A program made the position numbers and the translations under genes. The notes beneath the pieces were generated by a model. That model was given only the letters and a program-made list of their open reading frames with translations, ran no database searches and was not told where the DNA came from. Of a stretch of DNA of 64,000 nt, positions 1 through 10,126 are shown in pieces. The DNA lies in the IMG/VR virus record IMGVR_UViG_3300025126_000016, positions 1 through 64,000 of that record; one strand, 5' to 3'. Numbering within the stretch: the stretch's first letter is position 1; each line of letters starts with the position of its first letter. Source of the stretch: a virus (lineage: Duplodnaviria > Caudoviricetes).

Positions 1-167
1 AGTTCCCTGCAGCCATGAAGGCGTTTGAGGACCACGTTCAGAACAAGATCGAAGTCAGTCCTGAGCTTGCTCGTAGACTGGCAAATGCTCTTGATCGTCT
101 CGCCGGTCTCGACGAAGACCTTGAGCTTACCAGTGAGGACCTGGAATTTTTGAAGAGGAATCAGTGA
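1..167 (+). CDS. 3' end of a hypothetical protein (partial)
   Basis: Open frame from nt 3 (FPAAMKAFEDHVQNKIEV...LKRNQ*); TGA at 165-167 overlaps the next start. Confidence 0.7.
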   Translation, partial: FPAAMKAFEDHVQNKIEVSPELARRLANALDRLAGLDEDLELTSEDLEFLKRNQ

Positions 168-595
168 TGGTGAAGCCAGTTCATGGAGAAAATAGTCTCC
201 CCAAAAGACCAAAGCCCGCAGAGAACCCCAAGACGAGAGCAGGAGCAGCCAAGCCTGCCCTGATCAGTGTCATTCCCACTGCAAGTCTCTTGCACTTGGG
301 AGAGGTCATGAAGTTGGGGGCAAATAAGTATGGTCCTTTCAACTGGCGGGAGACTCCTGTTCCTGCCGAGACCTATATGGATGCAGCGATGCGGCATCTT
401 CTCTCCTGGCAAGACGGAGAGAACAAGGACCCCGAGAGTGGCATGAGCCACCTTGCCCACGTAATGGCATGCATGGCCATTATCATTGACGCCGAAGAGA
501 ACGGTATGCTAGACGACAATCGTCCGAAAGCTGGTCGTGTAGGCGAAATGATTTCTAACTTTCAAGATCATGGAGATTTTTATGCTAAACCTTAA
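164..595 (+). CDS. dATP/dGTP diphosphohydrolase domain protein (DUF5664-like)
   Basis: GANKYGPFNW, YMDAAMRHLLSWQDGE and DPESGMSHLAHVMAC motifs typical of this phage family. Confidence 0.85.
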   Translation: MMVKPVHGENSLPKRPKPAENPKTRAGAAKPALISVIPTASLLHLGEVMKLGANKYGPFNWRETPVPAETYMDAAMRHLLSWQDGENKDPESGMSHLAHVMACMAIIIDAEENGMLDDNRPKAGRVGEMISNFQDHGDFYAKP

Positions 596-974
596 ACTCA
601 AAGATGGCTCTGCTCTCGACATTCCTGCAGAGTCAATCCTCATGGTAGAGGAAAACCCTGAGGGGAAGAAGCTGACCAACATTGTATATTCGCTCGAAGC
701 TGGTCAGAACCTTTTCGACACCCTTGATGCTGCCTATGGCTACGTCAAGAAGCAGTGGCGGGAACAGAACCCCCATCTGGGTAACCTCCTGGAAGTGAAT
801 CTGGCAGGGGACAAGCCCCACAAGATGATCTTCGCAGACACTATGGTGATTGCACGGAGAGAGTTGAAGGATGACCCTAGCGGAGCCAATACCCGTCTCA
901 CATTGAACGTCAATGGTAAGGTGGTAGGAATCCAAGTTACCGACAACAGAGACAGTCTCGCTGGAGAGGCGTAA
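570..974 (+). CDS. hypothetical protein
   Basis: 134-aa ORF in the same operon, ends just before a terminator. Confidence 0.7.
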   Translation: MEIFMLNLKLKDGSALDIPAESILMVEENPEGKKLTNIVYSLEAGQNLFDTLDAAYGYVKKQWREQNPHLGNLLEVNLAGDKPHKMIFADTMVIARRELKDDPSGANTRLTLNVNGKVVGIQVTDNRDSLAGEA

Positions 975-975
975 T

Positions 976-1001
976 TAAAAAGGGGCCTCACGGCCCCTTT
1001 T
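976..1001. terminator. bidirectional intrinsic terminator
   Basis: aaaaaGGGGCC-tcac-GGCCCCttttt between convergent genes. Confidence 0.85.
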
Positions 1002-1282
1002 TAATTCTCTACATCTACAGGAAGATAAAATAGATGAACCCTGTGGCAATGATCGGGTCCATCGCCTAGCCACTCAGCCAGCTTGTCGATTACCGTAGCG
1101 GCTCTGACTCCCCACCTATGACCATTGTAAGCAGCCTTGCCCACGTAGCCACTGACAAGCTGTCTGCCTGTGGGCCTGTCTGCCAGCCCTACAATATAGA
1201 GCGGAGCCAGCCACAGGAAACACAACAGAATATCCATCAGGCGCAGGAAGCCCCTAATTACATGACCAACTCTAGTAATCAT
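1001..1282 (-). CDS. small membrane-associated tail-region protein
   Basis: 93 aa, hydrophobic N-terminal segment, last gene of the tail operon. Confidence 0.6.
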   Translation of the reverse strand: MITRVGHVIRGFLRLMDILLCFLWLAPLYIVGLADRPTGRQLVSGYVGKAAYNGHRWGVRAATVIDKLAEWLGDGPDHCHRVHLFYLPVDVEN

Positions 1283-1926
1283 GCAGAGGGATCAATCGCT
1301 AGCCAGTTGACCTGAACATCGATGGTCTCAACGTCAGCGATAGTAGTCGCAGCAGCTACCTGAGCATCAAAGTAGTTCTTGACCATCTGGTACTGAGCGA
1401 CTTGCTTTCCCACTTCAACACCCATCTGGATCATCTGGCTAGCGTCTAGAGGCACGGTGCTATTGTCTTGGAAGCGCCAGACAATCTCAAGCCCATCGGG
1501 GAAAGCTACCGGACCCAAGGTGTTGTGCAGGCTGATCATGGCCATCTGGACGCCGCCGCTGATTTTGCGCTGGCTGTCAGGGTCGCTGTCTGCAACACCG
1601 AAGGAAGTCTGCAAGCCACCTTCTTCAAGCTCGATTCTACGGGCTTTGATTTCAGCATACTTGATGGATTGGGCCTTGCTCAGATCATACTCCGAAGTGA
1701 GTAGAAACTCACCATCGGTGTAGGGACCATCTGGCCCCGTGAGCCAAGCGACTACATCCTCATCCGTCTTGCCTGTCAGAGCAGACTCAGGGACCGTAAA
1801 GTTCTGAGTAGCGTCAGGCAGCGCAGGATCAATCTCATCAGTCTGTATATTCACAGTTGTCTGAAACTCATTCATCATGATTCCTGTGATCTTGTGGAAG
1901 GAACCGTCAGTTGCTTTGATGTACAT
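1279..1926 (-). CDS. tail fibre-associated/assembly protein (DUF4376-like C-terminus)
   Basis: Follows gpJ; C-terminal KYAEIKARRIELEEGG...DSDPDSQRKI...WRFQDNSTVPLDASQMIQMG pattern. Confidence 0.7.
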   Translation of the reverse strand: MYIKATDGSFHKITGIMMNEFQTTVNIQTDEIDPALPDATQNFTVPESALTGKTDEDVVAWLTGPDGPYTDGEFLLTSEYDLSKAQSIKYAEIKARRIELEEGGLQTSFGVADSDPDSQRKISGGVQMAMISLHNTLGPVAFPDGLEIVWRFQDNSTVPLDASQMIQMGVEVGKQVAQYQMVKNYFDAQVAAATTIADVETIDVQVNWLAIDPSA

Positions 1927-1940
1927 TTTAATTCTCCTAG

Positions 1941-4900
1941 TTATGCTGTTGGTGGATATACAGTTACTTTAAAGTTACCACCGACTGAGACTTCCCCGCT
2001 GGTCACCTGTGTTGAGTACGTAACTCCTGTGAAAGCAGTCACGGTTCCTGTACCCGAGTGGATGCCGAAACGGGCTGACCCGCTGCCGAAATTGGCTCCA
2101 CTCTGGATAACCTCGGAGAAACTAACACTGGTGGTGGAAGGTGATGAACCAGTGAGAGTACGCCCAATAGTTCTAGTAGCGAGAAGTGTCCAAGTTGAAC
2201 CGATCTTACCATACAACTTCACCGTCCCACTATAGGTGCTGTAGACGGTATACACAGGGTTCTGAGGATCAGAATCGTCCACGTCCGTATAGCTACCTGT
2301 TTTCGGAATCGTCAACGTTCCGTTGAACTGGTATAGCTCATCTTTGGCATTAGCTGTGGTTGGTTTATTAGTCTGCCACGAGGGGGTTCCTCCCACATTT
2401 GTCCCTGCTGCACTAGTTTGAGTTTCTGAACCGGCTGCGGTATTCTTCTTAGCCTTCATAGTGAAGCCCGTTGCAGTAATATTCGTGGCACGAATATCAT
2501 AGCTTTCACCAGTTGCTAGTGCGGGCAGTCCGGCACCATCGATATCAACTTCAATTCTATCAGGGGCTTGTCCATAAGATGCTCCTCCTTGGTACTGAAC
2601 AGCCTGTCCATCACTAGCAAGCAGCAGAAGGGGCTTGAGTTGAACTTCATGAACAATCTGCGAGGCCGCTATAGGAGCGACACGCAGACGACGAATAATC
2701 GCATCGCTAAAAGTGGCCTTACCGTTTTGAATGCTCAGTACAGTTTCAATAACGCCATCAATCTCATTGCCCAAGGCAATCTGGTCGGCAACAAGACCAA
2801 CACCAGAACCGTTCTTACCAGCCTTCAACTGCACCATCGCAGGGTTCGAGCCAGAGGCGGCTACGATAGTTTCGTAGTAGGCCGCAGCGCCTTCGACAGC
2901 AGCAATGGCACCTTGGTTGGTGGTTACGCTGGCTTGTAGAGCCGGAAGTGCTGAATTTACCTCTATTTCAGCAGCAGTGGCAGGACGCAGGGAAACTTTA
3001 CGCCAAACGATGTGGCGAGCACTTGCGTTATTAAGTCTATGATATACACGGATAAGAGCAGAATTTACTCCATCAGGGAATGTAATATACTTAGCGTACT
3101 GCTTACGCCCAGCATTGCCTAGTGGAGAAGTTGAAAGATATGAGTTAAGATCATACGACTCCATCGCCACGCTGCTCATAAAGCTACCAGCTGTGTTGTA
3201 GTAAAGTACCTGAACTCGACTGTCGTTAATCACACCAGATTTGAAATCAAGTTCAGCTTCGATAATGTGCGCACCTGCAGTTACCTGTGCGTAAGGAAAC
3301 TGGAAATATTCAATTGAGCCGCCATCGGTGTTTAACCCGAGCGAGTATGGTGAACCGTTAGTGCCATCTCCTACTCTAGTAATTTCATTTGTAGTAAGAC
3401 CTGATGTACCAATACCTGCTGGTACGGTTGCTCCGTCAGCCCAGTCCGCAAACACTGGGTTTTTATTGAGACTATTTTGACTAATACTAGCTGCAAGACT
3501 GGCACTACTACTTGCCGCAGCAGCTTGTGATGTAGCAATCACCGCCTGATCGGTGGCGATAGTGGCCTGTGCTGCTGCATCTTCCTGTGCAGTCACATCC
3601 TCAATATAAAGGTAGTCAAAAGCATACTCAGAAGCAGCATTGTTATAGTTAGGCAACGAAAAGGCTGCAGCCCTCTTGGTAGTCGCATAGAAAGAGGTGT
3701 GTGAACCATCCGTACCTGTAATAATTGGGCTAACCACTTCATGCCAGCCGGTGTTAAACTGTGCAGCTGCAGCAGAGTATCTTTGCACGGTAGCTCCCTC
3801 AGTTCCGTCGTCTACTGTGTGCCCGATATACATTTGAGTGCTAGGTGCATTTACATAAAAACGCGCTTTGACACGATATTTTCTGGTTGGGTCAATATTG
3901 ATCGGAGTACTATGGAAATCAGAACGTCCACCAGTCCTGCGAATGACATTTATGGCGCCCTGATAGCTGGGCACAGCATCATAAACCGCATTGATATTGA
4001 AGTGCTGAGAGAGAAGATATCCTCCCTCCCACAAGGCAGTACCGGCGTAGAAATGTGCGTTAGGGGTCTGTCCTGGAGCAGCAATATACCCTTTTGCATC
4101 TGTGGCGAAATTAGCGGCCAAGGTTGCCTGAGACGAGGCGGTTGCAGCGTCAGCACTAGCAGCGGCAGCAGAACTACTGGCGGCACTAGCTGAGGCTTCA
4201 GCAGCTTTAACTTCCGTAACATCCTCTATGTAAAGGTAATCAATAGCAGCCTCACCAACAGTTGTGGTGTAATTGGCATGAATCATTGGCCTGATATATT
4301 TAGTGCCAGCAAGTATATTGCTGTCTGATAATTCAACGCTGCTCGCTAAATCAACAAAACCAACAATACCTGTATGTGCAATACTGACAACAATTCCCAA
4401 ATATGCCTTACTAGCATTATAGCAAGCAAACCTATAAGCAGATCCCATCGCAGAAACACTGTGCCTAATTCCAAGGCGAACTCGGTATTTACGGCCAGAT
4501 ACATATGGAGTCATGGGGCCATAAAGGCCCTTGTTTGCTGTAGTAAATACTACGTTGTTTCTGCCTTGGTAGCTGGCGCTAAAATTCCAGCCATTAGATA
4601 GAATTGCAAGAGTACCGTTAGAGCCTACACTGTGGTCGGGGAGTACAATAGGCGCATCGAAGCTGGCGTTTTTAGTCAAGGCAACTGCAGCCGCCTGACC
4701 TTCAGTTTGATCCCTGTACGAAGCAGCCAGAGTCTCACTCGTAGCAGCAGATGAAGCGGAGTTAGCAGCATTGGAGGCGCTAGTGGCCGCAGCTGACTGA
4801 CTGATAGAGGCATTTGTTTCTGCATCTTCGGCAGCATTCTTGGCTATCGTAGCTAGATTTGCCTGCGTTGTAGCTGTCGAGGCACTGCCAGCGGCGTTAG

Positions 4901-7900
4901 TCTCGCTGGTTGCAGCAGCAGTCTCACTGGCAGCAGCATTACTGGCAGCAGTATTGGCATTAAGTTCGCTGCTCGCAGCGGCACTTGCACTTTGACCGGC
5001 GGCGGTCTCGCTAGCAGCAGCAGAGCTTTCGCTTAGAGCTGCAGAAGCAGAAGTACCTGCAGCACTGTCTCTAGCCGCTTCTGCAGCCAATTTGGACTGG
5101 TTAGCTGCAGAAGCAGAAGTACCTGCAGCAGTAGAACTTGAGGCAGCAGAGGTTGCGCTGGAAGCAGCAGCAGTTGCAGAACCTGCAGCCTCGTTAGCCT
5201 TGCTGGTAGCAACATTAGCAGAGCCAGAGGCGCTTAGGGCACTACCGGCTGCAGCATCAGCCTTGCTGGAAGCCGTAGTGGCGTGACCAGCGGCGGTAGT
5301 TGCAGAACCTGCAGCCTCGTTAGCCTTTGTAATAGCGTCACTTTGAGCGGTTTCTGCACCAGTTCTGGCTGCTTCGGCAGCAGTCTTAGCGGCTTCTGAG
5401 TTAGTTTTAGCTAGTTGAGCAGCATCACGAGCCGCTCCCGCAGCGGCAGCACTCGTAGCAGCATCAGCGGTAGAGCCATAGGTGGTGAACAGATGGCCGA
5501 TGTCTGTCTTGGCCTGAGTAACATCACCCTGAATCGTGGTGACAACTACCTGCTCTGCGGGGGTCATACCTACAGTAGCACCATTCTCGACCCCGATGTG
5601 GCTACCCTCTGTTACGAGGTTGCCCTCTGGAACCCACTGAGTTCCATCCCATACTTCGGTAACAGGGATCGTCCCATCGGTGACCGTGTAGCGGTATCCC
5701 GGGTATGGGGCAAAGACAGGCTTCTCAGCGTCCGTTCCTCGAACATGAGTCGGCGGGTGGATTTCCTGTGAGCCAGTGACTTCGTACTCGCCCACGAGAG
5801 GATTAGAGTGAATACCTCTACGGTCCAGTGCCGTAATCTTGAACGTATAGAAGCCATCTTCTGGGTCTTCCAGTTCGATCACGCTGTCGTTCAGGTTCTC
5901 GTGAAGGATACGCCACGGACCTTCGTTGTAGCGATACTCAACCTTGAAGCCTGAAAGGAACATGCCACCTGGTCTGTTCCAGTTTACCTGCAGAATACGA
6001 CGAATCTGGTAGTCAGTCGTGTAGGTGATAACATCGAACATGCCATCAACAGGCACAGTCGGAGAGTCAATCTCTGGTGAAGATTCCTGAGCAAGGATCG
6101 CACTCTCGGACACGTTGTCCATAGCGTTCCATTTACCGCTGTCGATGATAGCAGCAGCGATAGCATACTCATCTTCGTCGCTCTCACTACGCTCAACCGA
6201 GATAACACGGTAAGAGATAGGGTTAGCCGGAAGGTTACCCGCTACGAGGGAAACAGCACTGTCACTGAGAACGTTGGCAGGTAGGGCAGCGTCAATCTGA
6301 ATTTGAGTTACGTCACCACGAGCGCCAGCAAGGTTAGTTACCGTGCGCTCCACAACACCGTCGGTTGTGGTGAATACCATAGTGTAGTTGACCCCGACCT
6401 CAAGACGGACAGGGCGCATCAGCGTGACTGTGGTTCCGCTGTGGCTCTGGATACGGCTAGCACTCTTGATGAGGTGATCAACGTTGAGAGCCTCGTCCGC
6501 AACCAGAATGGTGTCGAGCGGAGAGATATAACGACCGATGCGGTTGGTCGTGAAGGTTACGACCTTGTATTCGTTGAGAGCAACACGCATACGGAACATC
6601 AGGCGGCGCAGAGCTTCCTGACGATTCGTGCAGCCTACGAGAGCAATCTCGGTAAAGCGAGTGCCATTCTCGTCGATGTCACCTTGGTCATATACCCGAA
6701 CAGTATCCTGCTCGTAGTCGAGGTCCTCATTGAGGAACGTACCACGCCAGTCATTGAAACGTGTGTCTACGTCGGAGTGGCTGTAGTTGAAGTTTCCGAA
6801 GATATTACCTTCGAAGAACAGGACCTTAGGAGTCTCTGGCTTGTCAACAATGAGACGCCACTGACCATCGCCAACGTCTTCGATGTAGCTGTTTACAGAA
6901 CCAGCAAGGTACTGCAACATTTCATTGACATCACGACCCTCGTTAAGAGTGAGATTCAGATTGAAACGGGCATGAGTTCCCCCGCGACCATCAGGCACCT
7001 GCTCCGAGTAATACTTCGAGGCTTCAAGAGTATCCCACTTGTCGAGAGTAGAGCCGGGTTGCAGTCCTGCAACACCGTGAATAGGGTCTTCGATGAACTC
7101 CTTGATCTGCCAGGCAGGGTCGGTAGTGAAGTGTTCTTCATAGCTACCATCCCATGTCACACCTGTGTATGTACGAGCTTCCGGGTCCCAGACCGAGATA
7201 GGAGGAGTCCGACAAATCTTCGTGTCACAGATGGTTTCAATTTCAGGGAAGCCAGCGAACTGATCGCTTGCCTTGCCCATGATCTGCATCCAAACCTGAC
7301 CGTCCCAATCAGGATGGTCTCCCAGCTTGTCATTGATGATTGAGGTAACGCTTTCGAAAGCAACGATTCGACGTTCTTGAAGCTCGTCTTGGTCTACTGT
7401 GTCTTTCTCACGTAGACGGGCACGAACTTCCCAAGTAACATTAGCATAGTTACCCTCGGTAGGAACCGCAATACGGATTTCCTTCACGTAGGCTGAGGAA
7501 GTTTTACCAGTGATCTTTAGATAAGGATTGCCCGAGGCTTTAAAACCAGTGCCGCTCGTGTTGAACATTTCTCTGGCAAGATACACAACCGTACCAGTTA
7601 CTTTGCCCCCGCCAGTGTTATACCCATTCTGGTCATAGTTGACGTTGCTCGACTGAGTGCCAATGAAAGGATTGGTCCATGTCGAGCTATTCGACGGACG
7701 CATTTCGATTTCAATGTTGGCGGTATTCTCACGAATGCTCTTTTCGTCCTGCTTGAAAAGCTGCTGGACTACGAAGCGCATGTCGATGTATTCGGCATTA
7801 GGAGTGGCGGTAGCTGCCGATACCCAAGGACCTGGCTGTGAGGCGCTGTTGTTTGATAGCTGGACTCCGACACTCTGAATGTCGCCACCGCCACCTAGCT

Positions 7901-8159
7901 TGAAGTCTACGATTTGATCTTCTAGAGGATTACCGTCTGCGAAGAGAACGGCTACGTCCTTGAAGTTCGAGGTCCCATCAGGATTCTCAAGGGGAACACC
8001 ATTGATGCGGACTCCCTGCAGCCCGTCAACGATACCTTTCCAGCGGCCCGAACCCATGCCGAAAAGGATTTCAAAGCTGTCGTCAGAACGAAGGGTGTCG
8101 GGCTTCGTGATAAAATCAGCACCACCGCCACCCTTCGCACCAAGAATCTGTCTTTCCAT
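1941..8159 (-). CDS. tail tip / central tail fibre protein (lambda gpJ-like) with Ala/Ser-rich stalk and repeated beta-sandwich modules
   Basis: 2072 aa; N-terminal GAKGGG, TTDPAWQI and IALVGCTNRQEALR gpJ motifs; FN3-like region; position after gpI. Confidence 0.9.
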   Translation of the reverse strand: MERQILGAKGGGGADFITKPDTLRSDDSFEILFGMGSGRWKGIVDGLQGVRINGVPLENPDGTSNFKDVAVLFADGNPLEDQIVDFKLGGGGDIQSVGVQLSNNSASQPGPWVSAATATPNAEYIDMRFVVQQLFKQDEKSIRENTANIEIEMRPSNSSTWTNPFIGTQSSNVNYDQNGYNTGGGKVTGTVVYLAREMFNTSGTGFKASGNPYLKITGKTSSAYVKEIRIAVPTEGNYANVTWEVRARLREKDTVDQDELQERRIVAFESVTSIINDKLGDHPDWDGQVWMQIMGKASDQFAGFPEIETICDTKICRTPPISVWDPEARTYTGVTWDGSYEEHFTTDPAWQIKEFIEDPIHGVAGLQPGSTLDKWDTLEASKYYSEQVPDGRGGTHARFNLNLTLNEGRDVNEMLQYLAGSVNSYIEDVGDGQWRLIVDKPETPKVLFFEGNIFGNFNYSHSDVDTRFNDWRGTFLNEDLDYEQDTVRVYDQGDIDENGTRFTEIALVGCTNRQEALRRLMFRMRVALNEYKVVTFTTNRIGRYISPLDTILVADEALNVDHLIKSASRIQSHSGTTVTLMRPVRLEVGVNYTMVFTTTDGVVERTVTNLAGARGDVTQIQIDAALPANVLSDSAVSLVAGNLPANPISYRVISVERSESDEDEYAIAAAIIDSGKWNAMDNVSESAILAQESSPEIDSPTVPVDGMFDVITYTTDYQIRRILQVNWNRPGGMFLSGFKVEYRYNEGPWRILHENLNDSVIELEDPEDGFYTFKITALDRRGIHSNPLVGEYEVTGSQEIHPPTHVRGTDAEKPVFAPYPGYRYTVTDGTIPVTEVWDGTQWVPEGNLVTEGSHIGVENGATVGMTPAEQVVVTTIQGDVTQAKTDIGHLFTTYGSTADAATSAAAAGAARDAAQLAKTNSEAAKTAAEAARTGAETAQSDAITKANEAAGSATTAAGHATTASSKADAAAGSALSASGSANVATSKANEAAGSATAAASSATSAASSSTAAGTSASAANQSKLAAEAARDSAAGTSASAALSESSAAASETAAGQSASAAASSELNANTAASNAAASETAAATSETNAAGSASTATTQANLATIAKNAAEDAETNASISQSAAATSASNAANSASSAATSETLAASYRDQTEGQAAAVALTKNASFDAPIVLPDHSVGSNGTLAILSNGWNFSASYQGRNNVVFTTANKGLYGPMTPYVSGRKYRVRLGIRHSVSAMGSAYRFACYNASKAYLGIVVSIAHTGIVGFVDLASSVELSDSNILAGTKYIRPMIHANYTTTVGEAAIDYLYIEDVTEVKAAEASASAASSSAAAASADAATASSQATLAANFATDAKGYIAAPGQTPNAHFYAGTALWEGGYLLSQHFNINAVYDAVPSYQGAINVIRRTGGRSDFHSTPINIDPTRKYRVKARFYVNAPSTQMYIGHTVDDGTEGATVQRYSAAAAQFNTGWHEVVSPIITGTDGSHTSFYATTKRAAAFSLPNYNNAASEYAFDYLYIEDVTAQEDAAAQATIATDQAVIATSQAAAASSSASLAASISQNSLNKNPVFADWADGATVPAGIGTSGLTTNEITRVGDGTNGSPYSLGLNTDGGSIEYFQFPYAQVTAGAHIIEAELDFKSGVINDSRVQVLYYNTAGSFMSSVAMESYDLNSYLSTSPLGNAGRKQYAKYITFPDGVNSALIRVYHRLNNASARHIVWRKVSLRPATAAEIEVNSALPALQASVTTNQGAIAAVEGAAAYYETIVAASGSNPAMVQLKAGKNGSGVGLVADQIALGNEIDGVIETVLSIQNGKATFSDAIIRRLRVAPIAASQIVHEVQLKPLLLLASDGQAVQYQGGASYGQAPDRIEVDIDGAGLPALATGESYDIRATNITATGFTMKAKKNTAAGSETQTSAAGTNVGGTPSWQTNKPTTANAKDELYQFNGTLTIPKTGSYTDVDDSDPQNPVYTVYSTYSGTVKLYGKIGSTWTLLATRTIGRTLTGSSPSTTSVSFSEVIQSGANFGSGSARFGIHSGTGTVTAFTGVTYSTQVTSGEVSVGGNFKVTVYPPTA
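5173..5327. repeat. 29-bp direct repeat (5173-5201, 5299-5327) within the Ala-rich fibre stalk
   Basis: gttgcagaacctgcagcctcgttagcctt occurs twice and encodes KANEAAGSAT. Confidence 0.85.
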
Positions 8160-8197
8160 GCAGACTACTTAACGGATTTCGGTATTATTGTAAACCG

Positions 8198-9256
8198 TTA
8201 CTCATTCTCACCACGCATGTAGTGTTTGCCGTGAACAAGAGCCGTGTCGCTGATAAAGTGATAGTCCATCAAAGGCACCTGTTCTTCTGTATCGACCATT
8301 GCGGTCATGAAGCCCATGTTCCATTTTTCACCGGCGCAATACTTTGCCTGACGACGGTGACCACAACCAAGCTGGTGCCATTCGTAGCTGCCAAATACGT
8401 GGCTGTACTGTGAATGAACTACGTGCTGGTGATGGTGACCATTGACGCCCGGAAAACCTTTGCTACGACCATTGGGGGAATGGTCGACGAGGAAGCAATC
8501 ATGGAACACTTCGTAGTTCTTTGCAATCTCCTTAGTCACGTTCGACTTGTTGAACGTGGCAAGGTCTGCACGAGCTACATAGCGAACCTCGAACTTGTCG
8601 AGGCCCAGAAGCTTCGGCACACTCCAACCGTGGAGGTCACTAAGCAGAACCTTGAGGGCAGGAGCATTGTCAGTCAGGTAACGCAGGAGACGATGCTCGT
8701 GGTTGCCTTCGACGAAAACAATCTCTGTATCTGCTGCTGCTTCTCTAATGTCTTTCAGGAAAGTGTGGACCCATTGGATTTTCCCAACAATATCCCATTC
8801 CCGAGGATCGACACCATAGCGTCCAAACTCAGCCAGATCGAATACGTCGCCGCCAAGAATGACAGTGTCAGGCTGAACACGAGAAACGGTATCAATAAAG
8901 ATTCGCCGCCAGAAAGGGTCACACTCTTCGTCATGAATGTCCGAAGCGACAAGCATAGTCTGGAAACGTGTGCCTTTAGGCTTGCGAAACTTGTCACAAT
9001 AATCAGCCTTTTCAATGTTCATAATACGATACAGGTCGGCATCGGTGTGACGGGCCAAAGCCAGTCGGTCCTTACGAGCACCGTTCTGTTCTTCTAATCC
9101 AGCAGCCCGACGAAAAGCACGGAAGGTGCCGAAGCCGGTTTTGATTGCGTGGTCGCTAAACGAGCCGAGATTACGATACTGCGTTCGAGTAGGCATATCT
9201 CGGTCAACCTCAGAAGCTACACGCTTGAGGTCTTCAATCATATCAATTTTGTTCAT
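8198..9256 (-). CDS. calcineurin-like metallophosphoesterase with N-terminal putative DNA-binding repeat
   Basis: SDIHD, GGDVFD, EGNHE and GHHH motifs; N-terminal PTRTQY..LGSFS..AIKTGFGTF..FRRAAGL resembles the homing-endonuclease-associated repeat. Confidence 0.8.
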   Translation of the reverse strand: MNKIDMIEDLKRVASEVDRDMPTRTQYRNLGSFSDHAIKTGFGTFRAFRRAAGLEEQNGARKDRLALARHTDADLYRIMNIEKADYCDKFRKPKGTRFQTMLVASDIHDEECDPFWRRIFIDTVSRVQPDTVILGGDVFDLAEFGRYGVDPREWDIVGKIQWVHTFLKDIREAAADTEIVFVEGNHEHRLLRYLTDNAPALKVLLSDLHGWSVPKLLGLDKFEVRYVARADLATFNKSNVTKEIAKNYEVFHDCFLVDHSPNGRSKGFPGVNGHHHQHVVHSQYSHVFGSYEWHQLGCGHRRQAKYCAGEKWNMGFMTAMVDTEEQVPLMDYHFISDTALVHGKHYMRGENE

Positions 9257-9822
9257 GCAGGAAACTCGCCTTTCACTAGGTCTGTGGAATCGACATTTAG
9301 CGCCAGAAGGTGCGGGGCTGTCACTTTAACTCTGCCCATTGAGTACGGACGTAGTGTACCGATCTGCGTCGTGTTGTTGGTTAGACCTAGGTATTTTGAC
9401 GCGTCTGGATCAGACGGTTTCGAGAGAGATGGGGCCTTAGTGAAAAGCTGTGTAAGACCACTGAGAACAAGACCGATACCAAGGCTGGCTACCATGCTGA
9501 CACCCACTTGGCTGAGGATCATACCCCCAACAACAGGGTTGATGATAGTTAGACCGATAAGGGCAGCACCTAGAAGAACCTTCCCGACACCACCGCCACC
9601 CTGAACGGCGGGGACAATGTCGATCTTTTCTGGGCACTCGTCCAGAGATTCCTCTGTCTTATGCCCCACGATAACGGCAGTAGGACGATCCACAATCAGG
9701 CGGTCGTCATAGAAGCCAATCTGTCGGGTGAGAGCCGTTACAGCTTCACGCACGGAACCCGCTTGGATCGTATGGTCCTTGCCATAGTCCTCTGCGAACT
9801 TACCGTGAAGTGTGATTTGCAT
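9253..9822 (-). CDS. tail assembly protein (lambda gpI-like)
   Basis: ITLHGKF, IDIVPAVQGGGG and hydrophobic Gly-rich C-terminal half. Confidence 0.85.
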   Translation of the reverse strand: MQITLHGKFAEDYGKDHTIQAGSVREAVTALTRQIGFYDDRLIVDRPTAVIVGHKTEESLDECPEKIDIVPAVQGGGGVGKVLLGAALIGLTIINPVVGGMILSQVGVSMVASLGIGLVLSGLTQLFTKAPSLSKPSDPDASKYLGLTNNTTQIGTLRPYSMGRVKVTAPHLLALNVDSTDLVKGEFPA

Positions 9823-10126
9823 TTAGTACGACTCCGTTTTCGACTTTGTATTCACTGATACCATCAGCACCGATGATGTAGTGGGCCACGTTAGGCCACC
9901 ATGCGATGTACTGCTTATCCTCACCGCTCAAGACACTTGTGGAACTGGGATGAGTGTGCCAGATGGCTTCAATGTCATTGATATAACGAAGAATGTCCTC
10001 GTCGTCAATTTGAAATCCATTGGTAGGTTCGGGGTGGATATTCTTGAGTTCAATAATTTCACCACCTACGATGAAGCCGCAACGTTCTGTGTCTCCCTCG
10101 TAATAATCAAACAAGTCCTGCATCAT
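9800..10126 (-). CDS. JAB/MPN domain tail protein (gpK part)
   Basis: ERCGFIV...IWHTHPSSTSVLSGED JAMM motif. Confidence 0.85.
   Translation of the reverse strand: MMQDLFDYYEGDTERCGFIVGGEIIELKNIHPEPTNGFQIDDEDILRYINDIEAIWHTHPSSTSVLSGEDKQYIAWWPNVAHYIIGADGISEYKVENGVVLNANHTSR

Noticed and set aside
6303-7343. 346-aa plus-strand ORF and other long ORFs opposite gpJ, TMP, terL and primase
   Set aside because: Antisense or alternate-frame shadows of well-supported genes
1941-8159. Diversity-generating retroelement target in the tail fibre
   Set aside because: No reverse transcriptase and no TR/VR pair differing at adenines was seen in the window
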